Positions 1 to 14,399 are shown, counted from the first letter of the stretch. The stretch: 64,000 bases of DNA from Ranitomeya imitator (GCF_032444005.1 NC_091285.1:13020001-13084000); one strand, 5' to 3'. Notes: generated from the letters alone by a model not told the origin. Numbers and translations are program-made.

Positions 1-286
1 CTGCATCTGTCAGTCCACTCATGGTCTGCTGCTTACATTGCCCCCGGCACCCAGGCTGTGTCCGGATGTGTTATGTCACCTCAGGTGTCCTCTCTCTCTG
101 AACTGTGAGGCACACTGGAAGACTCAGGAACGTACCGATGGGGAAGGGGCGTGGCCTAACAAAAGGGGGCGTGACAGCAGCTTCTCCTGTTCTGTCTGCA
201 GGACGCTCTGCGTCCCGTGCAGGACAGCCGGGACAAGCATGAAATCCGGGAAAGTCCCGCACAATGAGGGACGGTTGGGAGGTATG
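1..286. mobile_element. Right end of a hAT-like non-autonomous element extending past the window start
   Basis: Ends in gggacggttgggaggtatg (reverse complement CATACCTCCCAAC terminus); homology to the 55.5-kb duplicate begins just after it. Confidence 0.5.
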
Positions 287-430
287 GCGTATGCTATAAT
301 TGACAGACTGATCTGCAGATCTGGTTCTCACATTGTAATCACTCCGAGCAGGAGGTCACTGGGGAGAGGAATCGGGTTTCTGACTATTTTTAGGGTCATC
401 ATGGTAGAAGCTGGAAAAAAAACAAAATAA

Positions 431-580
431 GCGGGAAATTCAAATTCACTAACAGTTCTGTGCTTGGCCAATCAGCAGAGGAAGGGGCGGAGCTAACTAT
501 GCTATTTAATTTACATCCCTGCCAATGAAACGTGTCATCGCTGCAGTTCTCTTTCTGGTCCACTCACGGACTATATAAAT
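431..580 (+). promoter_or_regulatory. H4 promoter: E2F/CDE+CHR-like GCGGGAAATTCAAA, CCAAT, GC box, H4 site II-like TTTCTGGTCC, TATA
   Basis: Motifs in this order upstream of all three H4 copies (also ~10271-10420 and ~55667-55817). Confidence 0.8.
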
Positions 581-617
581 GAGGACTGAGCACTCATTAG
601 TCATAGCTTTCTGCTGA

Positions 618-929
<312 letters not shown>

Positions 930-954
930 GGTCTCTGTTCTGCTAAAACACAAA

Positions 955-995
955 GGCTCTTCTAAGAGCCCCCCACATCTTCTGAGGAGAAGCTA
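955..995 (+). terminator. Histone 3' stem-loop and HDE-like purine tract of the H4 pseudogene
   Basis: GGCTCT-TCTA-AGAGCC at 955-970 followed by GAGGAGAAGCT. Confidence 0.9.
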
Positions 996-1748
996 CAGCT
1001 GCCGGGGCGGAGGGGAAGGGGCTGCTGATAGCACTGTGCTGGGATGACTGCAGCTGGGAACATTGCAGGCTCTAATGGGTTAACACTGAGGGTCTTGGGG
1101 GTTAAGGAATCTGGTGCTGTGTGGGGGTGGATCCATAGTACTATTTGGTGTTCATGTGTTGTATACTGCAATATTTGGGGAAGAACAGAATATCAGGAAT
1201 ATACAGCGCTATATGGAGGGTATACAGCACAGTGTGGAAAGCGTATAGGCATCAATAGCACAATTTGTGTATCCGGCACTAGATGAACGGGATTGTGAAG
1301 GAAACCATTTTGTAATCCACCTTGTTCCCTGAATTAACCATGTACATGGACTTTACTCCAAGCATCTCCCAACCTTGAAGAACAAGTTCTGGACTCTGTA
1401 TGACGGCAGGCCATATCCATTGTGCTTGTCAGGATCACCCTGAACACTTACAATTAATTTGCATACTTGTCTATATAATCCTGGGTGAGTCTAAATAAGC
1501 AGAAATTTACATTATGCGCAAAATAATAGAAAAAAGCTGAATCCTCACAATAGCCTTTATTTCCATATATACAGAGGCGCTGGGAGCTGCACACTCAATT
1601 CCAAATGAAAACCTAGATAGATAAACATATCTATAGATAGATATATCTATGTATAGATAGATATCTCTATAGATATAGATCTATCTATATCCATCTGTCA
1701 ATTGAATCTATATCTAAATCTATCTATCGATAGAAAAAATCTGCTTTA

Positions 1749-1932
1749 GGCCGAGGTCACAATTTACGAGAAACTTGCACACGTCTCGCACCTCAATACC
1801 CGGTACTTGGACAGGAGCGTCCAGCTGCATAGAAATACATGGAGCCGCACAGTCCGGTGCAGAGTGCCAGTTGCAGTGTTGGGTATTGAGGCGAGAGACT
1901 CGTGCAAGTGTCTCGCAAGTGTGACCCCGGCC
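1749..1932. mobile_element. PIF/Harbinger-type hairpin MITE
   Basis: GGCCG(A/G)GGTCACA inverted termini, TTA/TGA flanks; paralogues at ~12008-12180 and ~56997-57180. Confidence 0.65.
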
Positions 1933-2340
1933 TGAAACACCATATCTTTTTAATTTTTAAAAAAAATTTGCGTGGGCTCCTGTGCAATTTTCAAGTCCTG
2001 AGTGGGAAAGCCAGCGACTGGGGGTCGATGTTTATAGCCTAGGAAGCAGGTAATACTCATGGCCTCCTCCCAGGCTATGAATATCAGCCCAAAACTGATG
2101 TGGGGTCCCCCTATATTTTATAGCCAGAAAGGCTACTCATACAGCTGCGGGCTGATATTCATAGCCTAGAGAGGAGTCATGGATATTGCCCCCCCTGCTG
2201 CAAATACCAGCCCACAACCGCTCCAGAAATGGCGCATCTATAAGATGCGCCAATTCTGGCACTTAGCTCCTCTCTTCCCACTGCCCTGTAACAGTGGGAT
2301 ATGGTGTAATAAGGGGTTAATGTCACCTTTGTATTGTAAG

Positions 2341-3123
2341 TAGTGTTGAGCGATACCGTCCGATATTTGAAAGTATCGGTATCGGCCGATATCCGAAAAA
2401 TATCAGATATCGCCGATATCCGATACCAATACAAGTCAATGGGACACAAATATCGGAAGGTATCCTCTATGGCAGAGGTCCCCAACTCCAGTCCTCAAGG
2501 CCCACCAACAGGTCATGTTTTCAGGATTTCCTTTGCATTGCACAGGTGATGCAATTATTACCTGGGCAAGACTAAGGAAATCCTGAAAACATGACATGTT
2601 GGTGGGCCTTGAGGACTGGAGTTGGGGACCCCTGCTCTATGGTTCCCAGGGTCTGAAGGAGAGGAAACTCTCCTTCAGGCCCTGGGATCCATATTCATGT
2701 GTAAAAGAATACAAAATATTGATATACTTACCCTCGGACGCGCCCTGGTTGTAACCGCTGCAACCGCCATGATTCCCTTCCTAAGAATGAGCGCGTAAAG
2801 GACCTTCGATGACGTCGCGGCTTGTGATTGGTCGCGTGACCGCTCATGTGACATCTCACGCGACCAATCACAAGCCGCAACGTCATCGAAGGTCCTTCAC
2901 ACGCTCATTCTTAGGAACAGAAGCATGGCGGTTGCAGCGGTTACAACCAGGGCGCATCCGAGGGTGAGTATATCAATATTTTTTATTCTTTATTTTACAC
3001 ATCAATCTTCATCCCGATACCGATTCCCGATATCGCAAAAATATCGGAACTCGGTATCGGAATTCCGATACCGCAAATATCGGCCGATACCCGATACTTG
3101 CGGTATCGGAATGCTCAACACTA
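2341..3123. mobile_element. Non-autonomous hAT (TAGTGTTGAGC termini)
   Basis: TIRs, perfect 8-bp TSD ATTGTAAG, CCGATAC subterminal repeats; empty paralogous site at 13196-13203. Confidence 0.93.
2473..2634. mobile_element. 162-bp hAT-type MITE nested in the previous element
   Basis: CAG(A/G)GGTCCCCAACTCCAGTCCTCAAGG TIRs, 8-bp TSD CTCTATGG; absent from the relative at 15519. Confidence 0.9.
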
Positions 3124-4234
3124 ATTGTAAGGTGACATTAAGCCCGGTTAATAATGGAGAGGCGTCAATAAGAAACCTATACATTACTAATCCTATAGTA
3201 GTGAAAGAGTTTTAAAAAAAAGACACAGCCAGAAAAAAGTATTTTAATATTCGTAATTTCACCATACTTACCATACTCGATTGCCCGTAAAAAATAAAAA
3301 TAATAAACCAACTGTATACTCCCTGTCTGACGCCGTCCAATTAATAATGAGTGTCCCATGACGATGTCCCCTATAGAACAATGACATCGGGTGATGTCAC
3401 TGCTCTATAGGCCTCCAGTGACACACGACAGGAGACAATGGCTCCTGCAGTGCATCACTGAAGAGGTTACTTTAGTTCATTGCTCTCATTTTATGGCAAT
3501 GCTGTGTGGGAATTTTCCCATGCAGCAGTGCCGAAAGTGACAGTATGATGAACAACACTGTACTCACAGCGGCGGAGGGATACAGTGCAGAAGGATACCT
3601 TCAGTCATTGTATCCCGGATACCCTGGAGAGTGGTCGCATCTGCCGATGTGACAGATCTCCACGGGAGATCATCGTGGGACACTCGTTATTAAAAGGATT
3701 ACTGCAGATCAGGGAGTATATTGTTGGTTTATTATTTTAATATTTTTTGCAGGTAATCGATGGCTTCTCTGGGACAAGGTGATTGATGAGTATGTACTCT
3801 ATGTTGTATGTTCTGTATGTGTTTTGCTTTTTTTTTTACACTTGAACACAGGAGCCTGATGATGGGACTATACTGTCCCATTATCCGGCTACCTGTCACT
3901 GTAGCAGGCATAGCCGGATGGGACAAGTGGTAGTAGTCCCATCGGTTGATGCCTGCCTACATACAGCCTCACACAAACACAGCACTGCACACACAGCCCC
4001 GCGATCCCCGCGCAGTCACGCACACACACAGCTCCGTGATCCCCGCACAGCCCTGCAGACCCCCGCACAGTCACACACACAGCCCCGGAGACCACCGCAG
4101 GCACCCACAAACACCCGCACACAGACACACACATCTTCACCGCACACACACAGTCTCCGCCCACACACTCTTCCCCCTCCCGATCTGCAGCAGTTCTCGC
4201 ACCCAACTCCCCAGCATAAATATGTGATTCTTAA

Positions 4235-5430
4235 CCCCTTACCGGCATTGGACGTACTATACCGTCCGATGCTGGCTCCCCTGCTTTGATGCAGGGCTCC
4301 GCGGTGAGCCCGCATCAAAGCCGGGACATGTCAGCTGTTTTGAACAGCTGACATGTGCCCGTAATAGGCGCGGGCAGAATCGCGATCTGCCCGCACCTAT
4401 TAACTAGTTAAATGCCGCTGTCAAACGCAGACAGCGGCATTTAACCACCGCTTCCGGCCGGGCGGCCGGAAATGACGTCATCGCCGACCCCCGTCACATG
4501 ATCGGGGTCGGCGATGCTTGTATATTGTAACCATAGAGGTCCTAGAGACCTCTATGGTTACTGATGACCGGTGGCTGTGAGCGCCACCCTGTGGTCGGCG
4601 CTCACAGCACACCTGCAATTCTGCTACATAGCAGCGATCAGCAGATCGCTGCTATGTAGCAGAGCCGATCGTGCTGTGCCTGCTTCTAGCCTCTCATGGA
4701 GGCTATTGAAGCATGGCAAAACTTAAATCAATAAAAAAAATCAAATCTATGCATATTTGGTATCGCCGCGCTCCGAATCGCCCGATCAATTAAAAAAAAG
4801 TATTAACCTGATCGCTAAACAGCGTAGCGGGAAAAAAATTCGAAACGCCAGAATTATGTTTTTTTTTTGTCGCCGCGACATTGCATTAAATTGCAATAAC
4901 GGGCGATCAAAAGAAAGTATCTGCACCGAAATGCTATCATTAAAAACGTCATCTCGGCATGCAAAAAATAAGCCCTCAATCGACCCCAGATCATGAAAAA
5001 TGGAGACGCTACGAGTATCGGAAAATGGCGCACTTTTTTTTTTTTTTTTTAGCAAAGTTTGGAATTTTTTTTCACCAGTTAGATAAAAAATAACCTAGTC
5101 ATGTTAGGTGTCTATGAACTCGTACTGACCTGGAGAATCATAATGACAGGTCATTTTTAGCATTTAGTGAACCTAGCAAAAAAGCCAAACAAAAAAAACA
5201 GTGTGGGATTGCACTTTTTTTGCAATTTCACCGCACTTGGAATTTTTTTCCCGTTTTCTAGTACACGACATGCTAAAACCAATGATATCGTTCAAAAGTA
5301 CAACTCGTCCCGCAAAAAATAAGTCCTCACATGGCCAAATTGACGGAAAAATAAAAAAGTTATGGCTCTGGGAAGGAGGGGAGCGAAAAACGAACACGGA
5401 AAAACGAAAAAATCCCTGGTCATGAAGGGG
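4235..5430. mobile_element. Non-autonomous piggyBac-type element
   Basis: TTAA|CCCCTT...AAGGGG|TTAA; empty site near 14221; longer copy at 59549-60825. Confidence 0.85.
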
Positions 5431-5450
5431 TTAAGAAATTCTTTATGTCT

Positions 5451-5491
5451 TTGCCTGATGAAGAGACCTGTGTAGTCTGGAAAGTTTGCAA
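5451..5491 (+). ncRNA. Degenerate minimal type I hammerhead ribozyme motif (Penelope-like fragment)
   Basis: TTGC-CTGATGA-A-GAGAC..GTCTG-GAAA-GTT-T-GCAA; mismatches in stems II and III. Confidence 0.5.
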
Positions 5492-5771
5492 TTTGTTACC
5501 CTCTTTTCAGTTAGCCTCTGCCTCCAGTGTTCTGCTGGTTGTAGCCAGAGATTGGCTGTTAATTTTCAGCAGAGTCTGCTGGTTCTGATTGGAGCTCTCT
5601 GCAATTTCTTGCTTATATTCCCCTGATATTACGCACCCTTCACCCCCCAGAGCGGTGGAGGCTCCTGATCAATGATGAATTAAAGACTGATCTATTTCTA
5701 GGTCTGAATCTCACATTGTCATTAATGGAGAAAGCGATCAACAACATGGAGATACATGAACAAAGCACAGT

Positions 5772-6325
5772 ATGGAGAGTATATAGCACTATATGGGGGT
5801 ATACAGAGGATATGGAGGGTATATAACACTATATGGGGGTATACAGCAGGATATGGAGGGTATATAACACTATATGGGGGTATATAGCACTATATGGGGG
5901 TATACAGCAGGATATGGAGGGTATATAACACTATATGGGGGTATACAGCAGGATATGGAGGGTAAATAGCACTATATGGGGGTATACAGCAGGATATGGA
6001 GGGTATATAACACTATATGGGGGTATACAGCAGGATATGGAGGGTATATAGCACTATATGGGGGTATACAGCAGGATATAGAGGGTATATAGCACTATAT
6101 GGGGGTATAGAGCAGGATATGGAGGGTATATAGCACTATATGAGGGTATACTGCAGGATATGGAGGGTATATAGCACTATATGGGGGTATAGAGCAGGAT
6201 ATGGAGGGTATATAGCACTATATGGGGGTATACAGAAGATATAGAGGGTATATAATAACACTATATGGGGGGTATATAGCAGGATATGGAATGTATATAA
6301 TAGCACTATATGGGGGGTATACAGA
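5772..6325 (+). repeat. 41-bp minisatellite (dimer of ~20-21-bp subunits) GCACTATATGGGGGTATACAGCAGGATATGGAGGGTATATA
   Basis: ACACT recurs at 5826 and 5867 (41-bp period). Confidence 0.92.
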
Positions 6326-6333
6326 GACTATAA

Positions 6334-6730
6334 CCCTTTTCTCCCCTGACCAGTGATGAGGACAGGACTCAGGTCTGTGATTAGATGTAACGTCCTCGCG
6401 ATAAAAGCGGGAAAATGACAGGAAAAAGTGCGGGAAATTCAAAATCCCCAACAGTTCTGTGCTCCGCCCACATGTGAGGAGAAGCCGCGGCTCCTTCTGC
6501 TGGGGGAGGGGCTGGTGATCGCCCGGTGCCCGGATGGCTGCAGTCTGCTCTGCGGGAGCTGGAAACATCGGGCACTAAAGGGTTAACACCAAGTGTCTGC
6601 GGGGAAGTGAGCCTGTGGGTGGAGCCATAGCCCTACTGAGTGCTGATTGGCTGAGCGCTGAATATGAAATTCCCGCCCAACGGCTGATAGTTTCTCCCGC
6701 TCTTTGTTCTCCTCAGTAACACGTGGTGTC
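6334..6730 (+). other. H4-ghost element 1: fused H4 5' and 3' flanks plus GC-box/CCAAT/E2F/E-box module
   Basis: AACAGTTCTGTGCT (H4 upstream) joined through CCG to CCCACAT..GAGGAGAAGC..GGGTTAACAC (H4 downstream). Confidence 0.75.
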
Positions 6731-8092
6731 ATGGCGGCGGCTCCTGACAGACTGAGGGGATCTGGTAGATTTCATGTGAATGTATATTATACTTTTTGAT
6801 GAAAGATCATCCTATGGCCGTATATACGGCTTTATATGGGGTTATGTAGCGCTATATGTTGTGTGATACTATAGAATACGTGTATTGAGGACATAATGCA
6901 ATTATACTGTGTACCAGGCAATTAAGCTCTATATATCCTCAATAGACCTCTGTATACTGCCATATGGTGCTTTATATCCCCCTCCATATTCTGTATACCC
7001 CTATATCGTGTTATAGACTGATGTATATGGCAAAGTAGGTATTAATGTCTGTATACTGCCACATTGTGCTATATGCCCATATATTGCTGAATACCTTATT
7101 ATTTATATAGCATCGTTGATTCCATGGTGCTGTACACGAGAAGGGGTTACATACAAATTACAGATATCACTAACAGTAAGCAAACTAACAATGACTGACT
7201 GATACAGAGGGGCGAGGACCCTGCGGGCTTACATTCTACATATGTTGTGCTATATAGTGTATATATCTCTATAGAACAGTATTCCTCCATAGTCACATAT
7301 ATGGCACCATTTATTCCATGGCGCTTTACACGTGAAAAGGGGCAAATATAGATAAGTACAATAAATATGCCTCATACACAATGCTATATTGATATGTACA
7401 GCCCATAATGATAATATATAGCACTATAGATAAGATATTGAGAACTATTTAGCACAATATGGCAGTATGCAGCACTAAATAGGAGTATTTGGTACTATAT
7501 GGGGAGAATACAGCACTATTTTGCCATATACAACGGTTTAACTATATGGGGGGTTTACAGAACAATATGGATTAATACAGCACTTAGTGATGTATGGTAT
7601 ACCACAGCATATTGCACTATACAGAGGGTATAAAGCACTATATAGGGGTACATGACATTATAGCAGTGAGATTATTGGGTTACATGACATTTTAGCCTAA
7701 TAATGGAATGTTGTGCTTCCTATGCCCCCTGATGTTCACACTGCCCCCCATATCCTGCACACACTGGATATATACATAGAGCGGCAGCTCTGGCCGCCCT
7801 GGAGGCTCCGACTCCGGAGGATAAGATGTAGAGAAGAACAGCCGCATGCAGCCATCAATCCTCCGGATCCTTCAAGCTAAACAAGGCTCTTATCCTTGTT
7901 TTATGTGGAGTGATGCTGTAATACAATATTACATGTATGAAACGTCACAATGATGGAAGTTACACGATAATCCCCACTGTGCCAAGCAATTATGGAGACA
8001 GGATTAACTGCAGCTATATCCCCCAATGCTACGCAAAATCTGTGCCATGTAACACATCCATACAGAACATCACAGCAGAGATCAGCGGTGTC

Positions 8093-8132
8093 AGCTCTTG
8101 TGATGACGGTGTGGGTGGCTCTGAGAAGAGCC
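8093..8132 (-). terminator. H2A stem-loop and HDE
   Basis: Reverse complement GGCTCT-TCTC-AGAGCC (8117-8132) followed by CAAGAGCTG. Confidence 0.9.
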
Positions 8133-8167
8133 TTTGGGTTGTGTGGATGATACGGGGTCAGTGTCGC

Positions 8168-8820
<653 letters not shown>

Positions 8821-8863
8821 GGCCGCTCTGGGAAGAGCAGGATCATTATTTCTTTTCCAGTGA

Positions 8864-9265
<402 letters not shown>

Positions 9266-10336
9266 TCTGCTCCGTGCTCTGCACCCACAACCCAAAGGCT
9301 CTTCTAAGAGCCACCCACCCCATCTACATCAGAGCTGTGGCTGCTTTTGTTCTACTCTTTTCAATGGGGAACATGTCGCTGCACTGACCGGCATCTCATT
9401 TGTTCAGAGGCTCAGACGAGGGTCTGTTTCTATCCTTAGAGCACAAGTTGGAGGGAGATTAGAGGAAGGTGATATAAAGATGGGGAGAATGATGATGTTG
9501 ATAGTGGTCTATAGAGCGGATGTGGAATGCTGGGAATGGTCTGGCCATAAAGGGGCAGATGCCGGCCACCATTAATGCCCTATTGCACTTCACTGGATCC
9601 TGTTCTCCCAGAGTGCGGAGTCCTAGTTCTCTGGTTACGTTGTTCTGCTGACAATAGGTGGAGATGGGCTGTGTAAGGGCTTTCAGTGTTAGTGATGTTT
9701 CCAGCAGTTTCTATTAAATCTCATTGGAGCTCTGTGTGTTCTCGCTGATATTCCTGATATTACACACCCTCTGCTCTGCAAACAGCTGAAGGCACAGGGT
9801 CAATAAGCTCCTAAAGGATGATCTATTTGTAGGTCTGAATCTCACATTAATGGAGCAGTAGTGTCTTGACACAGGCGCTGCTGCTACGTGAGCAGAGCAC
9901 AATACGGAGGGTATAAAGCACTTTGAGGGTTTATAGCACTACATGGAGGAATACAGTAGTATATAATAATTTACATAGCGCCAACATATTCCGCAGCGCT
10001 TTACAGTTTAACAGTTTCAAACACAATTTCAAACACAACAGTCATAAATAACAACGTTAACAAGAATACAATAATTGGAGCAAAATAAAAAATGGAGGTT
10101 AAACACCACTATGTAGATGGTGAGAATACAGCACTAAAATTGACAGACTGATCTCCAGATCTGGTTCTCACATTGTAATCACTCGGAGCAGGAGGTCACT
10201 GGGGAGAGGAATCGGGTTTCTGACTATTTTTAGGGTCATCCTGGTAGAAGCTGGAAAAAAAACAAAATAAGCGGGAAATTCAAATTCACTAACAGTTCTG
10301 TGCTTGGCCAATCAGCAGAGGAAGGGGCGGAGCTGA

Positions 10337-10780
<444 letters not shown>

Positions 10781-12612
10781 GATCTCTGTTCTGCTGAAAC
10801 ACAAAGGCTCTTCTAAGAGCCCCCCACATCTTCTGAGGAGAAGCTACAGCTGCTGGGGAGGAGGGGAAGGGGCTGCAGATAGTACTGTGCTGGGATGACT
10901 GCAGCTGGGAACATTGCAGGCACTAATGGGTTAACACTGAGGGTCTTGGGGGGGTTAAGGAATCTGGTGCTGTGTGGGGTGGATCCATAGTACTATTTGG
11001 TGTTCATGTCAGGAATATACAGGCTATATGGAGGGTATACAGCACAGTGTGGAAAGCGTATAGGCATCAATAGCACAATTTGTGTATACGGCACTAGATG
11101 AACGGGATTGTGAAGGAAACCATTTTATCATCCACCTTGTTCCCTGAATTAACCATGTTCATGTACTTTACTCCAAGCATCCCCCAACCTTGAAGAACAA
11201 GTTCTGGACTTTGTATGAGGGCAGGCCATATCCATTGTGCTTGTCAGGATCACCCTGAACACTTACAATTAATTTGCATACTTGTCTATATAATCCTGGC
11301 TGAGTCTAAATAAGCAGAAATTTACATTATGCGCAAAATAATAGAAGAAATCTGAATCCTCACAATAGCCTTTATTTCCATATATACAGAGGCGCTGGGA
11401 GCTGCACACTCTATTACAGATGAAAACATGAACAAAATATCAGTTCTTAAGCTGAAAATGAAGAAGGAATAATCGGATGCTCAACAAAAAATACCAGTGT
11501 GTGCAATTTCATTTACAAACTTGAATATTTACAGCATAAACTGAAACTTGATTTACAGGGTCTGTGCACACGTTGCAGATTTGCCTGTGGAATTTTCTGT
11601 GCAGATTCTTCCCTCTCTTGCCAGAAAATGCAGGTGTGGATTTGCTGCTTTTTTGCTGTTTTTTTTTTATGCGTTTTTTTCTTCATGCAGATTTGTATTC
11701 GTTTTTGAAATCTAAATACAGATCTATTATTGAACAAAAAAAAAAAAAGTGATTTCTGGTCCAACCTCCCCTTTAACATTTGTCCAACCCACACTCCATT
11801 ACACACACAGATAGACAAGATAGATAAATAGAAGGAATGAGATAGACATATATATCTATAGATACAGTAGATATCTCTATAGATATATATATATATATAT
11901 CTATAGATCTATCTCTATCTAAATCTATCTACAGTATAAATCTTTCTATCGATACATCTATCCATCTATAGATCTGTCTATCTATAGATAGAAAAAAACT
12001 GCTTTAGGCCGGGGTCACAATTTACGAGAATCTCGCACCTCAATACCCAACACTGCCTCGGACAGGAGCGTTCAGCTGCATAGAAATACATGGAGCCGCA
12101 CACTCCGGTCCAGAATGCCACTTGCAGTGTCGGGTATTAAGGCGAGAGACTCGTGCAACTTTCTAGTAAGTGTGACCTCAACCATAAACGCAATATGTTT
12201 AATAAAAAAAAAAAAAATTGTGTGGGCTCCCGCGCAATTTTCAAGTCCAGAGTGGGAAAGCCAGCGACTGGGGGTCGGTGCTGATAGCCTAGGAAGCAGG
12301 TAATACCCACGGCCCCCTCCCAGGCTATGAATATCAGCCCACAGCTGTCTGCGCGGCCTTTACTGGCTATTAAAATAGGGGGACCCCAAAAAAATGATGT
12401 GGGGTCCCCCTCTATTTTATAGCCAAAAAGGCTATGCAGACAGCTGCGGCCTGATATTCATAGCCTAGAGAGGAGCCATGGATATTGCCCCCCCCCAGCT
12501 TCAAATACCAGCCGACAACCGCCTCAGAAATGGCGCATCTGTAAGGCGCGCCAATTCTGGAACTTAGCCCCTCTCTTCCCACTGCCCTGTAGCGGTGGGA
12601 TATGGGGTAAGA

Positions 12613-13179
12613 AGGGCAACTGTCACCCCCCTCCAGCCGTTATAAACTAAAAGAGCCACCTTGTGCAGCAGGTGATGCTGCATTCTAACAAGGTGGCTCT
12701 TTTAGTTTTTGTTTCTGCTATTCCCACAATAAATGTATTTATAATTCTGCTGAAATACCTGTCTTTGTCCATGGAGGCGGGTCTGAAGCCTCCTCTTAGA
12801 ATCGCCCAACTGCCGTCAGTCATCTCTTGTGTAGATTTTCGCCGCCCCCTCAGCGCTGTTATTGTGTGAATTCCGGCGCCTGCGCTCTGCTCTTCTGCCT
12901 TGTGCAGGCGCTTAGAGCATTTGCCGTCCTAGCGCTGGTGCCGGGTTCCGTTCTGCGCCTGTGCGGCCACCCTGTTACTGAATCCCCGCCCCGCACTGTG
13001 TTATGCATTATGCACAGTGCGGGGCTGGGATTCCTGGGCATGCGCACTGCGCTTCTCAGACGCTCCCCAGGTCCCCCGCCTTTCAGCGTTGCCGGAATAT
13101 ACAGGTATCCTTGCCGGCGTCTGGAACAGCCGCACAGAACAACGCTGGAAGGCGGGGGACCTGTGGTGACAGTGGCCCT
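12613..13179. mobile_element. Kolobok/T2-type MITE
   Basis: AGGGC(A/C)ACTGTCAC inverted termini, TTAA on the right; absent at the paralogous GGGGTTAATGTCACC site (~2313). Confidence 0.75.
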
Positions 13180-14240
13180 TTAATGTCACCTTTGAATTGT
13201 AAGGTGGCATTAAGCCCGGTTAATAATGGAGAGGCGTCAATAAGGTACCTATATATTACTAATCCTATAGTAGCGAAAGAGTTTAAAAAAAAAAAAAAAA
13301 AAAGACAGCCAGAAAAAAGTATTTTAATATTCTTAATTTCACCATACTTACCATACTCAATCGCCTGCAAAAAATAAAAATAATAAACGAACCGTATACT
13401 CCCTGTGTGACGCAGTCCAATTAATAACGAGTGTCCGACAACGATCTCCCCTATAGAACAGTGACATCGGGTGATATCACTGCTCCATAGGCCTCCAGTG
13501 ACGCACGACAGGAGACAATGGCTCCTGCAGTGCATCACTGAAGAGGTTACTTTAGTTCATTGCTCTCACTTTATGGCAATGCTGTGTGGGAAATTTTCCA
13601 CGCAGCAGTGCCGAAAGTGACAGTATGAACAACAATACTCACAGCGGCGGAGGGATGCCTTCAGTCATTGAATCCCGGATCAATGGAGAGTGGTCGCATC
13701 TACAGATGTGACAGATCTCCACGGGATATCATCATGGGACACTCGTTATTAAAAGGATTACTGCGGATCAGGGAGTATATTGTTGTTTTATTATTTTAAT
13801 ATTTTTTGCAGGTAATCAATGGCTTCTGGGACAAGGTGATTGGTGAGTATGTACTCTATGTTGTATGTTCTGTATATGTGTGTATGTGTTTTGGTTTTTT
13901 TTTACACTTGAACACAGTAGCCTGATGATGGGACTATACTGTCCCATTATCCGGCTACCTGTCACTGTAGCAGGCATTGCCGGATAGGACTAGCAGTCCC
14001 ATCGGTTGATGCCTGCCTACATACATCCTCGCACACACGCAGCTCTGCACACAACGCCCCGTGATCCCCGCACAAGCCTACGATTCCCGCACAGCCCCGT
14101 GATCCCCGCACAGCCACACACACAAACACCCGCACCCAGACAGTCTCTGCCCACACACTCTTCCCCCTCCCGATCTGCATCGTTTCTCGCACCCAACTCC
14201 GCATCAAAAATAAGTGATTCTTCAGAATTACTTTTACTCT

Positions 14241-14281
14241 TTGCCTGATGAAGAGACCTGTGTAGTCTCGAAATCTTGCAA
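14241..14281 (+). ncRNA. Minimal type I hammerhead ribozyme motif (Penelope-like fragment)
   Basis: TTGC-CTGATGA-A-GAGAC-CTGTGTA-GTCTC-GAAA-TCT-T-GCAA; perfect stems I and II. Confidence 0.6.
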
Positions 14282-14399
14282 TTTGTTACCATCTTTTCAG
14301 TTAGCCATTAAAAGGTATCAACTATTGAGGACACTCAATTCTAAATATTTTTCTATCTACTGGCTAACATGGTACCAAGATATATATCTTTCCGATGTC

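Larger units (their letters stand above)
1560..4230. repeat. Unclassified interspersed-repeat block with GATA/TATC microsatellite (1612-1735) downstream of H4
   Basis: Same block follows each H4 copy (~11800-14215 and ~56800-59545) and hosts nested MITEs. Confidence 0.7.

Noticed and set aside
3889-4318. His/Thr/Pro-rich and Cys/Val-rich overlapping ORFs
   Set aside because: Low-complexity CA-rich repeat within an interspersed element; open on both strands
5772-6325. CRISPR-like regular repeats (41-bp, 143-bp, 260-bp arrays)
   Set aside because: No unique spacers, no cas genes, eukaryotic context
6218-6568. Repeated 116-122-aa minus-strand ORF MFPAPAEQTAAIR across ghosts
   Set aside because: Starts inside H4 3'-flank homology and runs into minisatellite with variable C-termini; no recognisable domain
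6612-6730. Module as a U7 snRNA gene or an H1 promoter
   Set aside because: No U7 Sm site (AATTTGTCTAG) or terminal hairpin; H1 AC-box match is weak and there is no TATA or ORF
7884-7900. AAGGCTCTTATCC as a histone stem-loop
   Set aside because: Only the 5' arm is present; no AGAGCC partner or HDE
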